The position numbers were made by a program, and so were the translations under genes. From an uncultured Desulfobacter sp. (GTDB lineage: Bacteria > Desulfobacterota > Desulfobacteria > Desulfobacterales > Desulfobacteraceae): 64,000 nucleotides of DNA. Under the pieces are notes generated by a model. The model ran no database searches, was not told the origin of the DNA, and saw only the letters and a program-made list of their open reading frames with translations. Below, piece by piece: positions 17,906 to 27,126 of this stretch (position 1 is the stretch's first letter; each line of letters starts with the position of its first letter). Location: contig OY762069.1 of the NCBI GenBank assembly GCA_963665095.1, positions 917,583 through 981,582 on the forward strand, written 5' to 3'.

Positions 17906-18818
17906 TATAACAAAACGCTGCTCGTGCCCAGATAAATCCGAATCGTTGGGATTCCACGGAATAGGAGGATGAAACTCGATATTGTTACCCAGTGGGTGAA
18001 AGTCCCACATGAGCAAAGCATAGCCGGCAGCTCATTAGTGAAATCCACAGGCAAAACTGGTAACGGAAGTCTGATGCTGGATGGAACAAGATTGCAGGCT
18101 CTGTACTGAGCCCCGAAAAATGTATAGTTGTGGTCCACTAGGATAAACCCTGCTTGCAGGGGGAAAGCCGACGCATTGTAGCGTGACGGAAGGCAGCAGA
18201 CTTACAGATGCTATGGCAAGCCTGTAAGTCACCACCGGGGTCTTCGACCAGGGCATGTTCTCAAAGGGGTAGCTCAGGAACTGGGGAGAGCCGGTTGGTT
18301 CCTTGCAGAAACAGAACGGTATCAGGAGTTCCAGCCATGGGCAAAATCCCGGCATCTGTATGGAAACCCTATCCTGCAGATGAGTTCACCACTGGTGAAG
18401 ACACAAACGTTAAAGCAGGGCAATACGCCACGAAAGCCTGGAAGCACTGGCTTGGCCGAAGGCACCGAAACGGTAAACTTAACTTCAAGAAGTTTAGCAG
18501 ACTTCTTAATTGGTACCCATTACCGCGGCCTCGAATTGTTCACAATATCTAAAAGGACCTGCAGGGCAGCAAAGTTATGCGCCGATCAGGGTGTCGCCTG
18601 ATTGGTTGACGGCTCGGTAAAAAGAGCCTGAATCGAGGAACCGTATGAGGGAAATCTTCACGTACGGATCTGTGGGGAGGGCGTCGGGTAACCGATGCCT
18701 TTACCCGGAAGGCCGACCCGGGGTTCTATCGGCTTTTCGAAAGTCCTTGGTTTTCGAAAAACCTTGGCTTTTACAATCTGCTCGGCCAAGCCACGGGCGG
18801 CTGAACTACACGTTATGT
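17906..18818 (+). repeat. integron attC site, long type B (attC8), interrupted by a family 3 intron
   Basis: The 5' part is ctATAACaaaacgctgctc (17906-17923). The 3' part is gccgacccggggttc...ggcggctgaactacacGTTATGT (18712-18818). Confidence 0.7.
17924..18711 (+). mobile_element. group II intron, family 3, ORF-less deletion derivative
   Basis: The 5' ~430 nt and 3' ~250 nt are collinear with the copy at 20167-21932. Domain V is GAACCGTATGAGGGAAATCTTCACGTACGGATC. Only the last ~40 codons of the RT remain (..YATKAWKHWLGRRHRNGKLNFKKFSRLL..). Confidence 0.7.
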
Positions 18819-18885
18819 GGCCTGAGATCATCAACGTAATTGAATACAAAAGCATGTAAGTAAAAATAAATTTATTGGAGGTATC

Positions 18886-19356
18886 ATGAAAAAAAAACTA
18901 ACGGTATTTATTTTGATTCTTTTTACATCAGTAGCATCGGCACAGGATTTTTCATCTCTTTTTCCATTTGAAAAATTTTCGAAGTGGATGAATTCAACTC
19001 CTCTTAAGGGTTATCAGGCGGCTGGTGTAGATGATATGTCTACCGATACATCTGTTTCAGACAGAAAATATCGAGCAATTTTCACTGGTAATCAGGGAAT
19101 GATTAATGTCCAACTCAGTCAAGGAAAATTTTTTGATGATTATAAGCACAGCAACGATTTCAAAAATGTAAAGCCTTTTAATAAAAAAGGATTTGAAACA
19201 GTATACCTCAGCAAGTCCCAAATGCCTATGTCTCTTATTAGGGTAAAAATTCCTAAATACAAAGCGACATTCTCGATTATGGCGTCACCCAAAAAAGATA
19301 AAAAGACAATGGAAACCTTACTTGAACAAATAGAACTTTATAGATATATAAAATAA
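18886..19356 (+). CDS. secreted/periplasmic protein of unknown function (cassette)
   Basis: Signal peptide MKKKLTVFILILFTSVASAQ, and a GGAGG RBS. Confidence 0.65.
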   Translation: MKKKLTVFILILFTSVASAQDFSSLFPFEKFSKWMNSTPLKGYQAAGVDDMSTDTSVSDRKYRAIFTGNQGMINVQLSQGKFFDDYKHSNDFKNVKPFNKKGFETVYLSKSQMPMSLIRVKIPKYKATFSIMASPKKDKKTMETLLEQIELYRYIK

Positions 19357-19424
19357 TTCTCTTATTTTATTATGCAACATCTAAACATATTCTATTATGG
19401 AATTTATAAAAAGAGAACTTCACA

Positions 19425-19483
19425 CATAACCATAAAAATCCAGCGGACGCAAAAAGACGCGCCGCTGATTTTTGGCGTTATCA
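19425..19483 (+). repeat. integron attC site (attC9, 59 bp)
   Basis: CATAACcataaaaatccagcggacgc aaaaa gacgcgccgctgatttttggcGTTATCA. Confidence 0.75.
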
Positions 19484-19501
19484 TTTAAAACCATCTCCAT
19501 C

Positions 19502-19530
19502 TTGACTCGAATACGTCAATGGCGTATTGC
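19502..19530 (+). promoter_or_regulatory. sigma70-like promoter of TA cassette (TTGACT-17-TATTGC), with ATG 6 nt downstream
   Basis: Hexamers lie at 19502-19507 and 19525-19530, and ATG 19537 (MEFIETS..) follows. Confidence 0.4.
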
Positions 19531-19536
19531 TGTATT

Positions 19537-19850
19537 ATGGAATTCATTGAAACATCAATATTTACAAAGCAAGTCCTGAAGCTACTACCTGACTCAAGTT
19601 ATCGAATATTGCAATCTACTTTGATGTTAAATCCAGGTGCAGGGGCAATGATTAAAGGAAGTGGAGGGATTCGCAAAATTCGTTTGAAGTTACCTGGTTC
19701 AGGCAAAGGGGGGCGTTACGGGTGATTTATTATTTCGATCAACCTGAAACGATTTACATGCTATTCATGTACAAGAAAAACGAACAAGAAGATTTAACCC
19801 CTGAACAAGTCAAAATCTTGAAAAAAGCATTAAAGGAGAATTTATTATGA
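19537..19850 (+). pseudogene. RelE/HigB-2-like toxin with a frameshift in a G6 run (~19698-19703)
   Basis: Frame 1 reads MEFIETSIFTKQV..GSGGIRKIRLKLPGSGKGG. After the G-run the sequence continues in another frame as ..RVIYYFDQPETIYMLFMYKKNEQEDLTPEQVKILKKAL.., and it ends in an ATGA overlap with the antitoxin. Confidence 0.65.
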
Positions 19851-20137
19851 GAAACGAAGATTTTGATATGTTGCTTTCGAGCATAAAAGAAGCTGGCGAT
19901 ATAAAAAGCGGAAAAAAGAAACCAAGTAGAGTTTTTGAGATTGACCCCCCTGAAATTAAAATGGTTCGAAAAACTTTGAGTGTTTCACAATCGGAATTTG
20001 CCATGATGATAGGAGTGAGCGTAAGAACGCTTCAAAATTGGGAACAAGGAAGAAGGAAACCCGAAGGTCCTGCAAAAGCCTTGTTACGTATTGCCTCGAA
20101 AAATCCCAGAGCGGTACTTGAGGCCCTTCATGTTTGA
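19847..20137 (+). CDS. XRE-family HTH antitoxin (HigA-2/NadS-like)
   Basis: SQSEFAMMIGVSVRTLQNWEQGRRKPEGPAKALL. Confidence 0.8.
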   Translation: MRNEDFDMLLSSIKEAGDIKSGKKKPSRVFEIDPPEIKMVRKTLSVSQSEFAMMIGVSVRTLQNWEQGRRKPEGPAKALLRIASKNPRAVLEALHV

Positions 20138-20166
20138 TAAAAAATTATGATAACAATACGCTCGTC

Positions 20167-21932
20167 GTGCCCAGATAAATCCGAATCGTTGGGATTCAAC
20201 CGGACAGGAGGATGAAATTCGATAATGTTACCCAGTGGGTGTAAGTCCCACATGAACAAAGCTTAGCCGGCAGTTCATTAGTGAAATCCACAGGCAAAGC
20301 CGGAGACGGAGGTCTGAAGCTGGATGGAACAAGATTGCAGGCTCTGCACTGAGCCCCGAAAAATGTATAGTTGTGGTCCATAAGGATAAACCCTGAAAGT
20401 GCGGGGGGAAAGCCGACGCATTCCAGCGTGACGGAAGGCAGCAGACTTACAGGCGCTATGGCAAGCCTGGGAGTCACCATCGGGGTCTTAGACCAGGGCA
20501 TGTTCTCAAAGGGGTAGCTCGGGAACTGGGGAGGTCCGAATGCCTCCTTTTGCAGAAACGGTAAGGTGGATACCGTCCGGAAGGTAAAACACCTGAGGCA
20601 GCAGGAATCTCTCACTCCTGATGCTTGAAAAAGAAAAGTGGGAGGAAAATAAGGTACCGGGGGAGGATAGTTAATAGCGAACGAGCCTGGGAAGGACATT
20701 CGGAAGTCTTAGCTGATCATAATACTGATGTTCAGGGGGGAATAAAACCCGAACGGCAAGGCGGGGAAGTGGTGCCCGAAGCGACCCGCTGAAGGAAAGG
20801 AGAGGCAGGGTATAACGTTTTTCCGGCAGGAACTATGGGAGACTCCCAGAGGTCACAAACCATATCAACGGACAGCCGGGAAATTGCGTCGCAGACAGCT
20901 ATGAAATCCAAGGGAAACACAAAAGAACGGATAGCCGAACCTCTACCGATACTGGTGCCGGAGTCGTCGCTTGTCCATATCAGGACAATGGCAAAACAGG
21001 ACCTACAGATGACGTTTACATCTCTGGTCCACAAAGTTGACCTGTTCCTGCTGAATAAATCGTTTCGACAGTTGTGTAAAAACAGTGCCACCGGAGTAGA
21101 CAAGGTCACGGTGGACAAGGGACCCCCCAGGGTGGAGTGATTTCGCCGGTACTCAGTAATATATTCCTGCACTATGTGCTGGACGACTGGTTTGCAAAAG
21201 TGGTTCAACCCCGGTTGAAGGGTAAAAGCTTTCTGATCAGGTTTGCCGATGACTTCATCGTCGGACTGCAGCTGGAATCAGATGCCAAAAGATTGTTGGA
21301 AGTTTTGCCAAGGCGGTTCAACCGCTACACTCTTGAACTTCATCCGAAAAAGACACGCCTGATTGCATTCGGAAAACCGGCCCGGAAGGGAAAGCCACAG
21401 GGGACGTTCGATTTCCTCGGGTTCACGTATTACTGGGGCAAAAGCCTTAAAGGCTACTGGGTGATCAAGAAGAAAACCACCCGCAAAAGGCGCAATCGGT
21501 TCATGCGGATGCTGTGGAGCTGGTGCAAGAAGCACAGGCATGACCCTATACGCGGTCAGCAGGAAACCTTGTGCAGCAAGTTGATGGGATTTTATCAATA
21601 TTTCGGAGTACGGAGCAATTTTAAGGTGCTGGAGGAGGTGTACGAATATGCTGCCACAGCCTGGAAACATTGGCTTGGCCAAAGGCATAGGAACGGGATA
21701 TTGAACTACAAAAAGTTCAGCAGACTTCTAACCGGACATCCCCTGCCCAGGCCCCGGATTGTTCACAATATCTGAAAGGCTGCAAGGGCAGCAAAGTTAT
21801 GCGCCAATCGGGGTGTCGCCTGATTGGTCGATGGCCCGGTAAAAGGGCCGGAGTCGAGGAACCGTACGAGGGAAATCTTCACGTACGGGTCTGTGGGGAG
21901 GGCGTCGGGTAACCGATGCCTTTACCCGGAAG
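20167..21932 (+). mobile_element. group II intron, family 3, with a degenerate RT
   Basis: The 5' end is GTGCCCAGATAAATCC.., identical in the copy at 17924. Domain V is GAACCGTACGAGGGAAATCTTCACGTACGGGTC, and the 3' end is ..CCTTTACCCGGAAG. Confidence 0.7.
20835..21775 (+). pseudogene. group II intron RT/maturase remnant (internal deletion + frameshift)
   Basis: The N-terminal piece (..ATGVDKVT..) joins out of frame to PQGGVISPVLSNIFL.., FADDFIV and the C-terminal X region. RT blocks 3-4 are missing. Confidence 0.7.
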
Positions 21933-22074
21933 AGGGGCCAGGCTTACTGCGCGGCCTTTCTAAAGTCCCTGGTTCAGGAAGATTAAACTTTTTATCGGAA
22001 GTTTTGGGGTTTAAAAAGCCTGGCCCCTCAAGTCCTCGTTATGCACCTACAAATCGAAACGAAAGAACATCATT

Positions 22075-22464
22075 GTGAAAATTGAACACATTGCACTTTG
22101 GACCGCAGACCTCGAACGTTCTCGTAGTTTTTACGTTGAATTTTTCGGTGCGAAGTCGAATGAAAAATATGAGAATAAGGAGACGGGTTTTTCTTCATAC
22201 TTTCTGAGTTTTGGTTCGGGGTGTAGATTAGAAATTATGAACATGGCAGATCAAAGTAAATGTGAAGATAGTTTTGAAGAAAAGCATTTTGGGATTTCAC
22301 ACTTTGCCATTTCGGTTGGTTCGAAACAGGATGTTGATGAATTAACATTGTCTTTGGGTGAAAGAGGTTTCACTGTTGCGAGTCATCCTAGAAAAACGGG
22401 TGATGGTTATTATGAATCAGTAGTTCTTGATCCCGACGGTAATAGAATAGAGATAACAGAATAA
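22075..22464 (+). CDS. VOC/glyoxalase-family protein (cassette)
   Basis: KIEHIALWTADLERSRSFYVEFFGA .. HFAISV .. YYESVVLDPDGNRIEIT. Start is GTG. Confidence 0.8.
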   Translation: MKIEHIALWTADLERSRSFYVEFFGAKSNEKYENKETGFSSYFLSFGSGCRLEIMNMADQSKCEDSFEEKHFGISHFAISVGSKQDVDELTLSLGERGFTVASHPRKTGDGYYESVVLDPDGNRIEITE

Positions 22465-22550
22465 AAAACGCGCATGAAGCGCGGCGTTATACGTAAGCAA
22501 AAATTAACTCCGAATTATTCAAAAAAAGAGCAATAAAATGATAAAAAAAA

Positions 22551-22940
22551 ATGAGCAGATGGGGTGTTGGGCCAATTTTCGCTTCGTTATCAATCAGTTA
22601 CGGGTTAATAATGTTATTAATCAGTAAATATTATCAACCTTTGTTTCAATTCTGTTTTATACCGTATTGGTTACTGCGGGTAGTAGGAATTCTATTCATT
22701 ATAATCGGCACATTATTTTTTATCATTTCAGTAAAAGCCGTTATGCAAGCCTACAATTCAGATAAACTTGTCACTAAAGGTGTATATCAGTTTTGTCGCC
22801 ATCCACTATACACATCATGGGGCGTTTTTATTGTTCCTGGAATTGTATTTTTGGCAAATAGTTGGTTAGGGATGACAGCTCCTATATTTATGTATTTTTT
22901 GTTACGGAAATTAGTGACAAAAAAAGAAAATAGACCCTAA
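22551..22940 (+). CDS. isoprenylcysteine carboxyl / phospholipid methyltransferase-like membrane protein, possibly 3'-truncated
   Basis: LVTKGVYQFCRHPLYTSWG motif in a polytopic membrane ORF. The C-terminal EE..FG..Y segment expected in this family is absent. Confidence 0.5.
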   Translation: MSRWGVGPIFASLSISYGLIMLLISKYYQPLFQFCFIPYWLLRVVGILFIIIGTLFFIISVKAVMQAYNSDKLVTKGVYQFCRHPLYTSWGVFIVPGIVFLANSWLGMTAPIFMYFLLRKLVTKKENRP

Positions 22941-23088
22941 CAATGGAGACGCACTTTTAAATATTGCTCAGTCTTTTTGTGAAAGAGGCGAAAACGAAAA
23001 AGCTTGGGAATATCTTAAAAAAGCTCAAAATCTGAATATTGAAATTCATCCTGAGATGTTAAAAGAAATGAAAGCTACTTGCCCAAAC

Positions 23089-23189
23089 AATTAACAATGA
23101 GATCCAACCTGCCTCATAACACGGACCGCCGGGGGCGAGCTCCGGTTCCCTTCGCTGCGTTCGGCGGTCCCTGAACTCCAAGGTTATAT
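23089..23189 (+). repeat. integron attC site (attC12)
   Basis: aaTTAACaatgagatccaac .. ggaccgccg ... cggcggtccctgaactccaagGTTATAT. Confidence 0.55.
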
Positions 23190-23204
23190 TTCAAAGGAGA
23201 AACA

Positions 23205-23717
23205 ATGGCAGTACCAGCAAACAAAGAGGAATTATTAAAAGCAATCCAAACAAATTATAAAAAATTGAAAGATGACCTCATAAGTATCCCTTCAGAATTA
23301 ACTGAAACACAGGAAATGGAAGGGCATGTTAAAAACACCCAAATGAGTATATGTAATTTGATGGCTTATCTTATTGGCTGGGGCAATCTTGTTCTTAAAT
23401 GGCACAAAATTTATTCCGGTGGTTCTATGCCTGATTTACCCGAGACCGGATTCAAAATGAACGAAATGGGAAGATTGGCTCAGAAATTTTATAAAGATTA
23501 CGAGAATGACAATTTTGAGTCTCTTCTCAAGCAATATGATGAAGTTGTATCAAAAATTCTTGATTTAATAGAAAGTCTTGATAACAAGTATCTTTACGAA
23601 ATAGACTGGTATAAAAAGTATCCTTTTGGCAGAATGATTCAATTTAACACTTCCTCGCCGTACGCCAATGCTCGCGCAAGGATACGTAAATGGAAAAAAG
23701 CAAAAGGCATATCATAA
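23205..23717 (+). CDS. ClbS/DfsB-family (DUF1706) four-helix-bundle protein
   Basis: The N-terminus PANKEELLKAIQTNYKKLKDDLISIP and the overall length are typical of the family. Confidence 0.65.
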   Translation: MAVPANKEELLKAIQTNYKKLKDDLISIPSELTETQEMEGHVKNTQMSICNLMAYLIGWGNLVLKWHKIYSGGSMPDLPETGFKMNEMGRLAQKFYKDYENDNFESLLKQYDEVVSKILDLIESLDNKYLYEIDWYKKYPFGRMIQFNTSSPYANARARIRKWKKAKGIS

Positions 23718-23740
23718 AATAAAAGAAAACAAGGATAAAA

Positions 23741-24001
23741 ATGAATAAAACGTGTCAAAGTTGCGGAATGCCAATGAAACGAGACCCAAAATCTGGTGGT
23801 ACTAACGCTGATGGAAGCAAAAATGAAATGTATTGTAGTTATTGCTATCAATCAGGAAAATTTACCCAACCTGATATTACAACACCAGAACAAATGCAGG
23901 ATTTTTGTGTGGAAAAAATGAAAGAAATGGGCTTCCCAAGAATAATTGGTAGGTTTTTCACTCGCAATGTTCCAAAACTTGAAAGATGGAAAGAAAAATA
24001 A
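23741..24001 (+). CDS. zinc-ribbon domain protein
   Basis: CQSCGMPM .. YCSYCY. No attC separates it from the ClbS-like gene, so both sit in the same cassette. Confidence 0.65.
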   Translation: MNKTCQSCGMPMKRDPKSGGTNADGSKNEMYCSYCYQSGKFTQPDITTPEQMQDFCVEKMKEMGFPRIIGRFFTRNVPKLERWKEK

Positions 24002-24004
24002 AAA

Positions 24005-24064
24005 TATAACCAATCGTTTGATAGGGCCGCTCCTATCGTCGCGCCCTTCAACTCCGCGTTAGCC
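24005..24064 (+). repeat. probable integron attC site (attC13)
   Basis: TATAACcaatcg..gataggGCCGCtcctatc..cttcaactccgcGTTAGCC. Arm symmetry is poor. Confidence 0.45.
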
Positions 24065-24102
24065 CCCCAAACACCGAAGTGAACTAAAAAAATGGAAATA
24101 CA

Positions 24103-24498
24103 ATGAAACCAAATGAATTATCACCATGTTTTTGCACAAATGATGTAGATAACTGTCGCCAATTTTATACCAAATATTTTGCGGCAAAAATTATTTTTGA
24201 TTGTGGTTGGTACGTAAATTTAAGCTTTGGAGAAGATGGCCCAACGATCCAGTTCATGCAACCGCAAGAAGATATGCCAACATATGGCGGGACAGGCATC
24301 ACGCTCAATTTTAAAGTCGAAAATGTAGATGCTGAATATAATCGGTTAATTGATGCGGGCTTTCAAATAGCAATGCCTTTGGAAGACCATCCTTGGGGCG
24401 ATAGAGGATTTTCTGTAATTGATCCCATTGGTAATTCTGTTTATATCTATTCAGACAGAGAACCAACAGAAGAGTTTAAGCAATATTATAAGGGCTAA
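24103..24498 (+). CDS. VOC/glyoxalase (bleomycin-resistance-like) family protein (cassette)
   Basis: ..DNCRQFYTKYF .. HPWGDRGFSVIDPIGNSVYIY. Confidence 0.75.
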   Translation: MKPNELSPCFCTNDVDNCRQFYTKYFAAKIIFDCGWYVNLSFGEDGPTIQFMQPQEDMPTYGGTGITLNFKVENVDAEYNRLIDAGFQIAMPLEDHPWGDRGFSVIDPIGNSVYIYSDREPTEEFKQYYKG

Positions 24499-24624
24499 CA
24501 AAGCCGCTGAACCCGACCGGGCTTATCTGCACGGCGTTTTGAAGCTGGTTGGTTAATGAAATTTTGAACTTTTTACTGGAGCTGGTGTGGTTTTAACGCC
24601 CGGCCGGTTAGCTCCCCGTTGGGG
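24493..24624 (+). repeat. integron attC site, long type A (attC14)
   Basis: GGCTAACaaagccgctgaacccgaccgggctt...cgcccggccggttagctccccGTTGGGG. R'' overlaps the stop codon. Confidence 0.75.
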
Positions 24625-25630
24625 GTGCGACACGAGGTCGCATTATTGGCTGTTTGGCGGGCCAGTCGGTCCTGACCAAACCCGGCATTCTCCTGCCGGT
24701 ACCCTATGTGGCATGCGGTTACCGGTGCATCCGGCAACGGTGTGAAGCCCAACCGACAAAGTACCGAATTCCGCAGGTGCGGAAGGGGTGGAAGCCGTGA
24801 GGCGGATACCCTCCTGGAAGCCTCATTCCGGGTGAGGGCAAGGGTTTGAATGATATGGTCAAATTAATTGAATGTTCCGTAAGTACCGTCAGGGAGAACA
24901 AGCTAAAGAGGCTGGTAACCTTGGACCAAAAGGTGAGCGGTCAGGTTGCAGGTTTCTTAGCTGCCTGCACGTAGATGTTGCGCCGCCGGTGCTTAAGGAC
25001 AGGCCTAAGTCATCCATTAATTGGCAATAATGTGGAACGTGGAAAGTCGGCCATGTCCCTATGGATAAGATGATCCTCACCAAATGTCTGGCTGCAGGGT
25101 TTATGGAAAATGGTAAGCTCTTTCCAACAGGTCGGGGGACACCCCAGGGAGGCATTGCCTCCCCGATACTTGCCAACATGGTTCTGGACGGCATTGAAGA
25201 AACTGCTAAATCCGTTGCACCTGTCAGAGACCGGCGTAACGGTAAGGACATCAGTTCTAAAATCAACGTTGTCCGGTACACTGATGACTTCATCGTTACC
25301 GGTGCCACCCGGGAACTTCTTGAAGATAAGGTCAAACCGGCAATAATCAGCTTTCTTTCGGAACGGGATCTTTCCCTGTGATGCCAATCCTTTTGATCCG
25401 GAACACCAACAATACTTCCGGACAAGACGTGTGAAACCTAAGATGATCCCAGTCACAGCTGCCGAGGAAATATGTGATGGAATAACTGTAAATTTCAGTA
25501 TTGGCAAGGGAAAACAGTCGGGCGGCCCCGCAAGGCTTAGTCTTAGAAATGCTTGAGCCGTATGACGGGAAACTGTCATGTACGGTTCTGAGGGGGGAAA
25601 GGAACTGTAAAGTTCCTGACCTACCCGATC
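24625..25630 (+). mobile_element. group II intron, family 2b, degenerate (RT mostly deleted), inserted directly after attC14 R'
   Basis: GTGCGACACGAGGTCGC.. at the 5' end, and domain V GAGCCGTATGACGGGAAACTGTCATGTACGGTTC with ..CTACCCGATC at the 3' end. The uninterrupted paralogous junction GTTGTGG|GTTAAAAACC at 7602-7618 fixes both boundaries. Confidence 0.8.
25061..25381 (+). pseudogene. RT fragment (blocks 4-7 only) of intron family 2b
   Basis: TPQGGIASPILANMVLD .. VRYTDDFIVTG. The N- and C-terminal regions are missing. Confidence 0.75.
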
Positions 25631-25663
25631 GTTAAAAACCAACGGGATGCAAAAAAAGGCATA

Positions 25664-25692
25664 TTGTAAATAGTATCACTCGGTGCTATATT
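25664..25692 (+). promoter_or_regulatory. sigma70-like promoter of duplicated TA cassette (TTGTAA-17-TATATT), with ATG 6 nt downstream
   Basis: Hexamers lie at 25664-25669 and 25687-25692, and the ATG is at 25699. Confidence 0.45.
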
Positions 25693-25698
25693 ATAGTC

Positions 25699-26067
25699 AT
25701 GCGAAAATTAATGACAAAGCACTTTGTGAAATGGGCTTCAAAGCAAAAAATACCAATCAATAATTTAGAAACAGCATTGGAAGAAGTCGGTAGCGGAAAT
25801 TACGAAGCAAATTTGGGTGGTCACATTTACAAAAAAAGAATTCGTTTCCCTGGTCAAGGCAAAAGAGGTAGTGGAAGAACGATTGTTTGCTATGAAAAAG
25901 GAAGTAGAATCATTTTTATCCATGGTTTCTCAAAAAATGAAAAATCAAACCTTTCACCCAAAGAGCTATTTGTCTTCAAGGAACTCGCTAAAATTTTACT
26001 TTCTTTTTCTGAAAGTGAAATTGATATAGCGGTCCAAAATGGTGATTTAAAAGAGGTGGCAACATGA
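25699..26067 (+). CDS. RelE/ParE-superfamily toxin (HigB-like), TA cassette copy 2
   Basis: It differs from the 7677..8045 product at 7 of 122 aa. Confidence 0.75.
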   Translation: MRKLMTKHFVKWASKQKIPINNLETALEEVGSGNYEANLGGHIYKKRIRFPGQGKRGSGRTIVCYEKGSRIIFIHGFSKNEKSNLSPKELFVFKELAKILLSFSESEIDIAVQNGDLKEVAT

Positions 26068-26369
26068 GAAAATCAATTTCAGATTCAATAACGGAAACCG
26101 TAAGGGACTTAAATAAAAGTGGCCTTGTGGATGACATCACTCTAAGAAATATAGAAAAATTATGTCTTCCGGAAGTTAAAGACTATTCCCCAAAAAAAAT
26201 AACCGAAATTAGAAAAAAATTTAATTTAAGCCAAGCCGCATTAGCAAGCGTTTTCAATATTAGCACCTCTACTGTACAGAAATGGGAACAGGGTAATAAA
26301 AAACCTACAGGAGCCTCAAGGAAATTGTTGGATATCATGGAAAGAAAAGGCTTAGAGGCTTTAATATAA
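26064..26369 (+). CDS. XRE-family HTH antitoxin, copy 2
   Basis: It differs from the 8042..8347 product at 2 of 101 aa. Confidence 0.8.
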   Translation: MRKSISDSITETVRDLNKSGLVDDITLRNIEKLCLPEVKDYSPKKITEIRKKFNLSQAALASVFNISTSTVQKWEQGNKKPTGASRKLLDIMERKGLEALI

Positions 26370-26372
26370 ATT

Positions 26373-27126
26373 CGCACAATAGGGGCAGGACTCCCCATTA
26401 CTGAGGAGCCCTCCCACACCATCCGGCATACGGATCTCGTACCAAGGCGGTTCGGCTGGTATGAATAAAATCAGTTGTAGGTTATCCCACCGATTTTATC
26501 GGGTTTTGGGCAAAGTCTTGCTATGGAAATTTCGGCCACTGCCGCATTATTCCCATAAAATCCTTTTACTTACTCACCACAACCATTTACCCAAGCCATT
26601 CGGCCCGGGTACCGTTCAGGCCTTCATCGGGGTGAGGCCTCCGGGTGTACTTCTCCCATGCGGTCAGGACCAGTTACCCGGCCCTCAGCCAATCCGGCAC
26701 ATGGGAGATCTCCCGGGGTAAACACGTGTCTTTCAGTACGTGAATGCCGGATTTACGGACATACCCTGTAATGGATAGAGGACTTCACCTTGTTGTGCAG
26801 GCTCGTCCAGGTATGTGCGCCTTATATCCGATTCCTGTACGTCATCCCGTACCTTCGTGGTACCTTGCCTCAGCAAGGCGGCTTCCTCCCGAAGCACCGT
26901 CACCGGTACCCCGTTGCACTACCACTACACCCTTCGCCTCCATCCGGCTGGGTCTAAGACTTGCCAAAGGCATTGAAATCGTTTACGTTTGACTCACTTT
27001 TAAGAACACGTGCCGTGCCCGGCACACACAAAACGCTTCAGGTCGAAAGACCTTGGTTTCTGAAAAGAATTTAATTCGGGGAAGTCCTTGGTTTTAGTCT
27101 CCGGGCGGCTGAGCTCCCCGTTCTCG
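26373..27126 (+). repeat. integron attC site (attC15), R'' interrupted by an ORF-less family 1 intron
   Basis: cgcaca|[intron]|ACAAAACgcttcaggtcgaaagaccttgg...ccgggcggctgagctccccGTTCTCG. Confidence 0.7.
26379..27027 (-). mobile_element. group II intron, family 1, ORF-less (649 bp)
   Basis: It is collinear with intron A at both ends. Domain IV keeps the RT start codon and the last codons, but ~1.2 kb of ORF is replaced by ~110 nt. The flanks give TTTTGT|TGTGCG on the bottom strand. Confidence 0.75.

Larger units (their letters stand above)
20151..22044 (+). repeat. integron attC site, long type A (attC10), interrupted by a family 3 intron
   Basis: The 5' part is TAACaatacgctcgtc (20151-20166). 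The 3' part is ggggccaggcttactgcgcgg...aagcctggcccctcaagtcctcGTTATGC (21933-22044). Confidence 0.7.

Noticed and set aside
18035-18355. Similar ORFs on the - strand (18035-18355 and 20196-20699), and on the + strand (18208-18552, 18645-18839, 21824-22078).
   Set aside because: They overlap the structured RNA of the family 3 intron or the long attC sites, so their similarity reflects repeated non-coding DNA. The only real coding remnant is the RT C-terminus within 18208-18552.
19519-19536. ATG 19519 as the start of the HigB-2-like toxin.
   Set aside because: It lies inside the spacer of the predicted promoter. Homologs of this toxin family begin MEFIETS.., which corresponds to ATG 19537.
22465-22492. 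The hairpin after the VOC gene as a rho-independent terminator.
   Set aside because: No T-tract follows it. It ends in a GTTATAC core like the attC sites, so it was kept only as a possible degenerate attC.
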